Assembly (NCBI RefSeq): GCF_001194135.2
Contig: NC_068993.1
Location: 13,205,066-13,246,606, forward strand
Origin: Octopus bimaculoides
Lineage: Eukaryota
Direction: 5' to 3'
Length of the DNA: 41,541 nt
Shown here: in pieces, positions 36,608 to 41,541 of the stretch
Layout: each line of letters starts with the position of its first letter
Position numbering within the stretch: the stretch's first letter is position 1
Position numbers and translations under genes: made by a program
The notes under the pieces: generated by a model
Told to the model about the DNA's origin: nothing
Databases searched by the model: none
What the model saw: the letters and a program-made list of their open reading frames with translations, nothing else

Positions 36608-36808
36608 GTGACAGCTGAATCTGCTAGAAATAGTAGCTACGGACCCGAAATAGTACATATTACAGTCTTATATAGAGATAAAGGCAGGATGGTTACGATT
36701 GGAATGTATGTACACCAAGATACCAAGATCACCAACTTTGGCTCGGGAATCAAGAAAAACTTTGGAATGAAAGTTTCCGGAAAATCGATGCTGTATCTGT
36801 GTGTGTAA
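36608..36808 (+). CDS. Candidate exon, 66 open codons with a ubiquitin-fold-like residue pattern
   Basis: Acceptor TGTATCTGTTTATAG|GTG; only phase 0 is open: VTAESARNSSYGPEIVHITVLYRDKGRMVTIGMYVHQDTKITNFGSGIKKNFGMKVSGKSMLYLCV. Confidence 0.25.
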   Translation: MTAESARNSSYGPEIVHITVLYRDKGRMVTIGMYVHQDTKITNFGSGIKKNFGMKVSGKSMLYLCV

Positions 36809-36809
36809 C

Positions 36810-37026
36810 GCTTAGTTTAGAATAGGGGCAGCTGATGAAGGAAATATTTTCTATGTGGCCTGTTTGTTTTCTGTGACCTGTTTATGTTCTGTTTTTCATC
36901 TTGTCCACGTTTCTTTTCTTTTGTGACGTCCTGTACCCAGATATGCATCTATATATACATGTAGATGTAGGTATGTACATACATGTACGTATATATGCAC
37001 ACACTCACATATTATTTGTATTATAT
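36810..37026 (+). mobile_element. Dispersed repeat, copy 2 (unclassified)
   Basis: Shares an approximately 100-bp core with 31402-31500; runs into a gap. Confidence 0.75.
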
Positions 37027-37110
37027 NNNNNNNNNNNNNNNNNNNNNNNNNNNNNNNNNNNNNNNNNNNNNNNNNNNNNNNNNNNNNNNNNNNNNNNNNN
37101 NNNNNNNNNN
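37027..37110. other. Assembly gap
   Basis: N run. Confidence 1.
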
Positions 37111-37577
37111 TATATATATATGGCACCCATTGACGCAAGAGCGCTTGTCCATAGCTATATCTTGCTTCAGTAATGAGTATCAGATTGCTTTTTCCCTCCA
37201 AAAATGTTAATACATTGAAGAAAATGTTTATGTTCTTGCAGCTACCTCCCTTCCGCAAATTAGAGTCACTAACAATCGCCGATATATGGTATATAATACC
37301 TGCGAAGTAAACTAAAAGCAATTACTTGTTGGTAAAGTATTCCATGCAGTCCCGTCTGTAATATATACATGCATACATACAAACACACACATACGTACGC
37401 ACACTCACACATACACACACACGGCTAATTCTTCCATTCAAACCAAACTATTCGCACAGACTCTACTTAGAGAATTTTTTTCCTTGGTAGATCACCCTCA
37501 AAGAGAAATTCGGTGTAGCAATGCATTCAGTCATCAGATCCGAACAAATACATACGTATACGGAGATGAGAGAGAGA

Positions 37578-37614
<37 letters not shown>

Positions 37615-37624
37615 NNNNNNNNNN
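37615..37624. other. Assembly gap (10 N) inside (GA)n
   Basis: N run. Confidence 1.
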
Positions 37625-37672
<48 letters not shown>

Positions 37673-37773
37673 CTCTTGTAGGAATCACACTCGATAAAAG
37701 GTTATATATAGTCCAGAGTTCTCTGTCGTTTGAAAGACCAAACATTCCTACTCACACCCATATAAATTCATGG

Positions 37774-37815
<42 letters not shown>

Positions 37816-38418
37816 ATATATATATAAAATCAGTGTTTCTTTATTGATTCAAGACTACAAAAATCACCTTCGATATATATGTGTTCTTTTCTGTTGTCTT
37901 GTGTGTGTGTGCCTGCGTGCGCAGATGCGTGTATGGAGTCATATACGTTCATTGACGCTGAAATACATATATTGACCATGACATATGAAAGAGACTGATA
38001 TAGATGTAGACGCATGCGCAAAAATCTTCGCCTCATATACGCTGAAGTAAAGCCACTTGAACGGAGAAACTTATATATGCATGACTACAGGTATATACGA
38101 AGATATCTGGCTCACATATTTATGAAGCTGCATTCCAAAATATATTAAACTCATCGTACTGATGTATACCGTACGAAAGACAGCGAGAGAAACGAAGAGA
38201 CGGTGTGGTGATTGTGTGTGAGTGCGTGTGTGTAAAAGTGAGGGAGAGCGAGAGGAGGATGATGAAAAGCAACAGAAACACGGAAAGAAAAAGAGAGACA
38301 AACTGAGTGTGCATGTGTGCACGTGTGTGCATGTGAATACTATGCAGACAGAAAGTGAATGCACAGTAAGGTTGAGGAATGTTATCAAGAATTCTATCCA
38401 TCAGATTTCTACACGTAC

Positions 38419-38467
<49 letters not shown>

Positions 38468-38535
38468 CATATATGCAGACACAAACGCGCGCACACACAC
38501 ACACTCATATATATATAAATATGCACGTTTGTATG

Positions 38536-38582
<47 letters not shown>

Positions 38583-38599
38583 CAGACTGACAGGCAAGC

Positions 38600-38865
38600 A
38601 GGGAGGCAGATAGATGGAACGATAGATGGATAGATAGATGAAACAGATGGATGGATGAATGGATAGAACATAGAATGAGAGAGAGAAAGAGAGAGAGCTG
38701 GAACATAGATAGATAGATAAATCGATAGATAAGTAGACAGACTGATAGCCAGACAGATAGATAGACAGATAGATAGATAGATAGATAGATAAATAGACGG
38801 ATAGATAGATAGATAAATAGACGGATAGATAGATAGATAGTTAGATAGATAGATAGTAAAATAGA
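38600..38865. repeat. (GATA)n/(GGAT)n tetranucleotide array
   Basis: Directly visible; AAATAGACGG recurs at 38791 and 38815 (24-bp higher-order unit). Confidence 0.9.
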
Positions 38866-39215
38866 TATATTGTCAGGAAAGGGGGGTGGGAAAGCAGACG
38901 TATGTTATAAATTGTGTGTGTGACTACATATGTGCTCAAGAGAAAAAAAAATGTATAGACAATATACAGAAAGATATGGCCGATATACGACATGTACATT
39001 TTGTGTTGGAGCAAATCTGCAGGTAGTATGGAATCGACTCTTATATATATTTTTTTTTAATTAAGCAGGTCTGATATGCCATTGAGAGTTATTGAAAGTT
39101 ATTCATGCCGGGAGGAGAAATTCTCAATAATCTGAAGAGGAAATTGAAAGAACAGAAGGTGCTAGAGATAGTCTTAGGAGACAAAGAGACATTTATTGAT
39201 AACCGCTCCCCCTGC

Positions 39216-39247
<32 letters not shown>

Positions 39248-39512
39248 NNNNNNNNNNNNNNNNNNNNNNNNNNNNNNNNNNNNNNNNNNNNNNNNNNNNN
39301 NNNNNNNNNNNNNNNNNNNNNNNNNNNNNNNNNNNNNNNNNNNNNNNNNNNNNNNNNNNNNNNNNNNNNNNNNNNNNNNNNNNNNNNNNNNNNNNNNNNN
39401 NNNNNNNNNNNNNNNNNNNNNNNNNNNNNNNNNNNNNNNNNNNNNNNNNNNNNNNNNNNNNNNNNNNNNNNNNNNNNNNNNNNNNNNNNNNNNNNNNNNN
39501 NNNNNNNNNNNN
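39248..39512. other. Assembly gap
   Basis: N run flanked by (TA)n. Confidence 1.
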
Positions 39513-39563
<51 letters not shown>

Positions 39564-40437
39564 TAAAGAGAGAGATATACATATTGAGAGACCACCGATA
39601 GATAAGAAGTAAAAACAGTTACATAAATAGATAAACTAATAAAAAGAATTTTTTTAAAAAATGGGAGACAGTTGGTATATATAGCATATTGGTGATCAGA
39701 ATAAAAAGATGAATATGTAGAAGATATGCATGTAGTTAGATGGGTAGGGAAGAGAATTATATAAGTAGATCGGTAGATATAGACTAACAAACAATGAAAA
39801 TCGATTGATTTATACACAACGAAAGAATATAGAATGGTGTAGAACGAGATAATAGATAGATATAGTGATATCTCAGCAAAGTATATATACGTATATGATA
39901 TACGTATATTTTCCCGCTGCTTGTGGTTCTTTTATTGCCACTAGTGTGTTCTATCGATATATTAGTAATAGTTCCTTTGGTGTTCATTTTTCTCTGCTTA
40001 CTATGTGTACTCTATATTCATTCCTTTCTTCTCCCTAGTTTTTCCTCCAATGAAGCTTTCTCGTTTGGACTAATATAATCTTGTCTTGGCGGTCAAGGCA
40101 CGTTTATGTCTATTTATAGTTAAATGTAGACTTGAAATTGATAAGAGGCTGAAGGCTTGTGAAAAAAATGTACAAGATCAAACGATGAGATGAAAAAGGA
40201 GATTCTTCTTCTTCTTTTATGTGTTGATTTGCCCTTCCACAAATGGTAAAAATGGCACTCAAACATACCTCAAACACTTACTTACTACATTCACTGCTCT
40301 CTCTCTCCTCCTGCGCCTCCTCTTCCTCTTTCTCCTCCTCCTGTGTTTTCTTTTATCCTTCATTTTCTCTTTCTACCACTATGGGATATGCTAACTTTGT
40401 CTTTTTGCCCTTACAGAAAAGGTACATGAACATACCT

Positions 40438-40560
<123 letters not shown>

Positions 40561-40999
40561 AATTCATTATTAGATGTCCTCGGAATTTCTGCGTCAGTTA
40601 TTTTATATATATTTTTTCGTTTTTTTTTTTTTGTTTTGCTCTCTATTCTTTTGTTTTCATCGCTTGAAGCTACAACAGTAGTGTCTAGGTTTATAATTGT
40701 GTCTTTTGAAGTAATTCATTCATTAGATTCCATCTGAGCCAGTGCTCTCCCCAACGTCAACACCACCGCCATGTTGCAACTACATCACTATATTTTCCTT
40801 TACAACACACGCACACACACACGATGCTGTTCGTTTGGGTGTAACAACGATGTAACCTGTGAGAATGATTTACATGGCGTTCCTGTAAATTTTCTCACCC
40901 ATCAAGGACAAGCCGATCAATGTTTCTTCGTTTTACTAGTTCTTTCTGTTTTTATATATATAGGTAGTTGTTTTATTCGTTTCACTCACACCCCCTCAC

Positions 41000-41017
41000 A
41001 CATTCTCTCTCTCTCTA

Positions 41018-41085
<68 letters not shown>

Positions 41086-41480
41086 ACACACACAAACACA
41101 AACATACATACATATACACCTTGTTTCTGATAGAACTATCGTGTCACTTGTGCTATCGCCAATTCTTCATTCGCTCACTTTCGTTCATTTTCTATTTTCG
41201 GTTTTTCGTTCATTATCTCTTCGTTTCTTGCTCTACATATTTCTTTCCTTTTCATTCCTTTAGTTATTTCAATCATCTTACCTTTCCTTCTCAGATTTTA
41301 TCTCCTTCCCTTCTTTCGAAATTTTTCATTTTTTTCCCATCTTTTCTTACCTCATTCTTTCAGCCTATTTTCTACTTTTTATATATAATTTTCTTCTAAA
41401 TTTATTTATCTGTTAATCCCCCTTTTTTTTACATTATTCATTCTATTTCTTCCTTCTCTTATTTAACAGTCTATTTCTTT
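41000..41480. repeat. (TC)n, (CA)n and long T/C-rich tract
   Basis: Directly visible. Confidence 0.85.
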
Positions 41481-41508
41481 TTACTTCTCGCCATCCATCA
41501 ATCAGTCC

Positions 41509-41541
<33 letters not shown>

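Noticed and set aside
36832-36865. CTGATGAAGG...CCT hammerhead start
   Set aside because: Stem II could close, but the required GAAA is absent.
37243-37289. 47-nt plus-strand exon with an LRR-like peptide
   Set aside because: Too short to assess; stop in the phase needed to join the 36608 candidate.
39069-39220. Acceptor plus MPGGEILNNLKRKLKEQKVLEIVLG ORF
   Set aside because: All frames from the acceptor hit stops, there is no donor, and the ORF runs into (TA)n and a gap.

Overview
AT-rich, microsatellite-saturated animal genomic DNA from a gapped draft assembly (nine N-gaps, all bordered by TA, GA or GT repeats; both window ends are (TA)n). The dispersed tRNA-derived SINE families and the repeat landscape look like an octopus (coleoid cephalopod) genome. 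This is recognition from memory, not a database hit. I found no protein-coding gene I can call with confidence, and nearly all ORFs in the supplied track are translations of microsatellites or N-runs. The window holds at least 13 SINE copies or fragments, several decayed RTE-type LINE fragments (all on the minus strand), a degenerate interstitial (TTAGGG)n tract, and a few isolated exon-like segments. The best-supported unusual feature is a palindrome at 20-131. Its minus strand folds as a minimal type I hammerhead ribozyme of the Penelope-like kind, with two inactivating-looking changes, directly downstream of a well-preserved SINE Pol III promoter. A 250-codon stop-poor minus-strand frame at 23044-23796 is the main unexplained coding-like signal.
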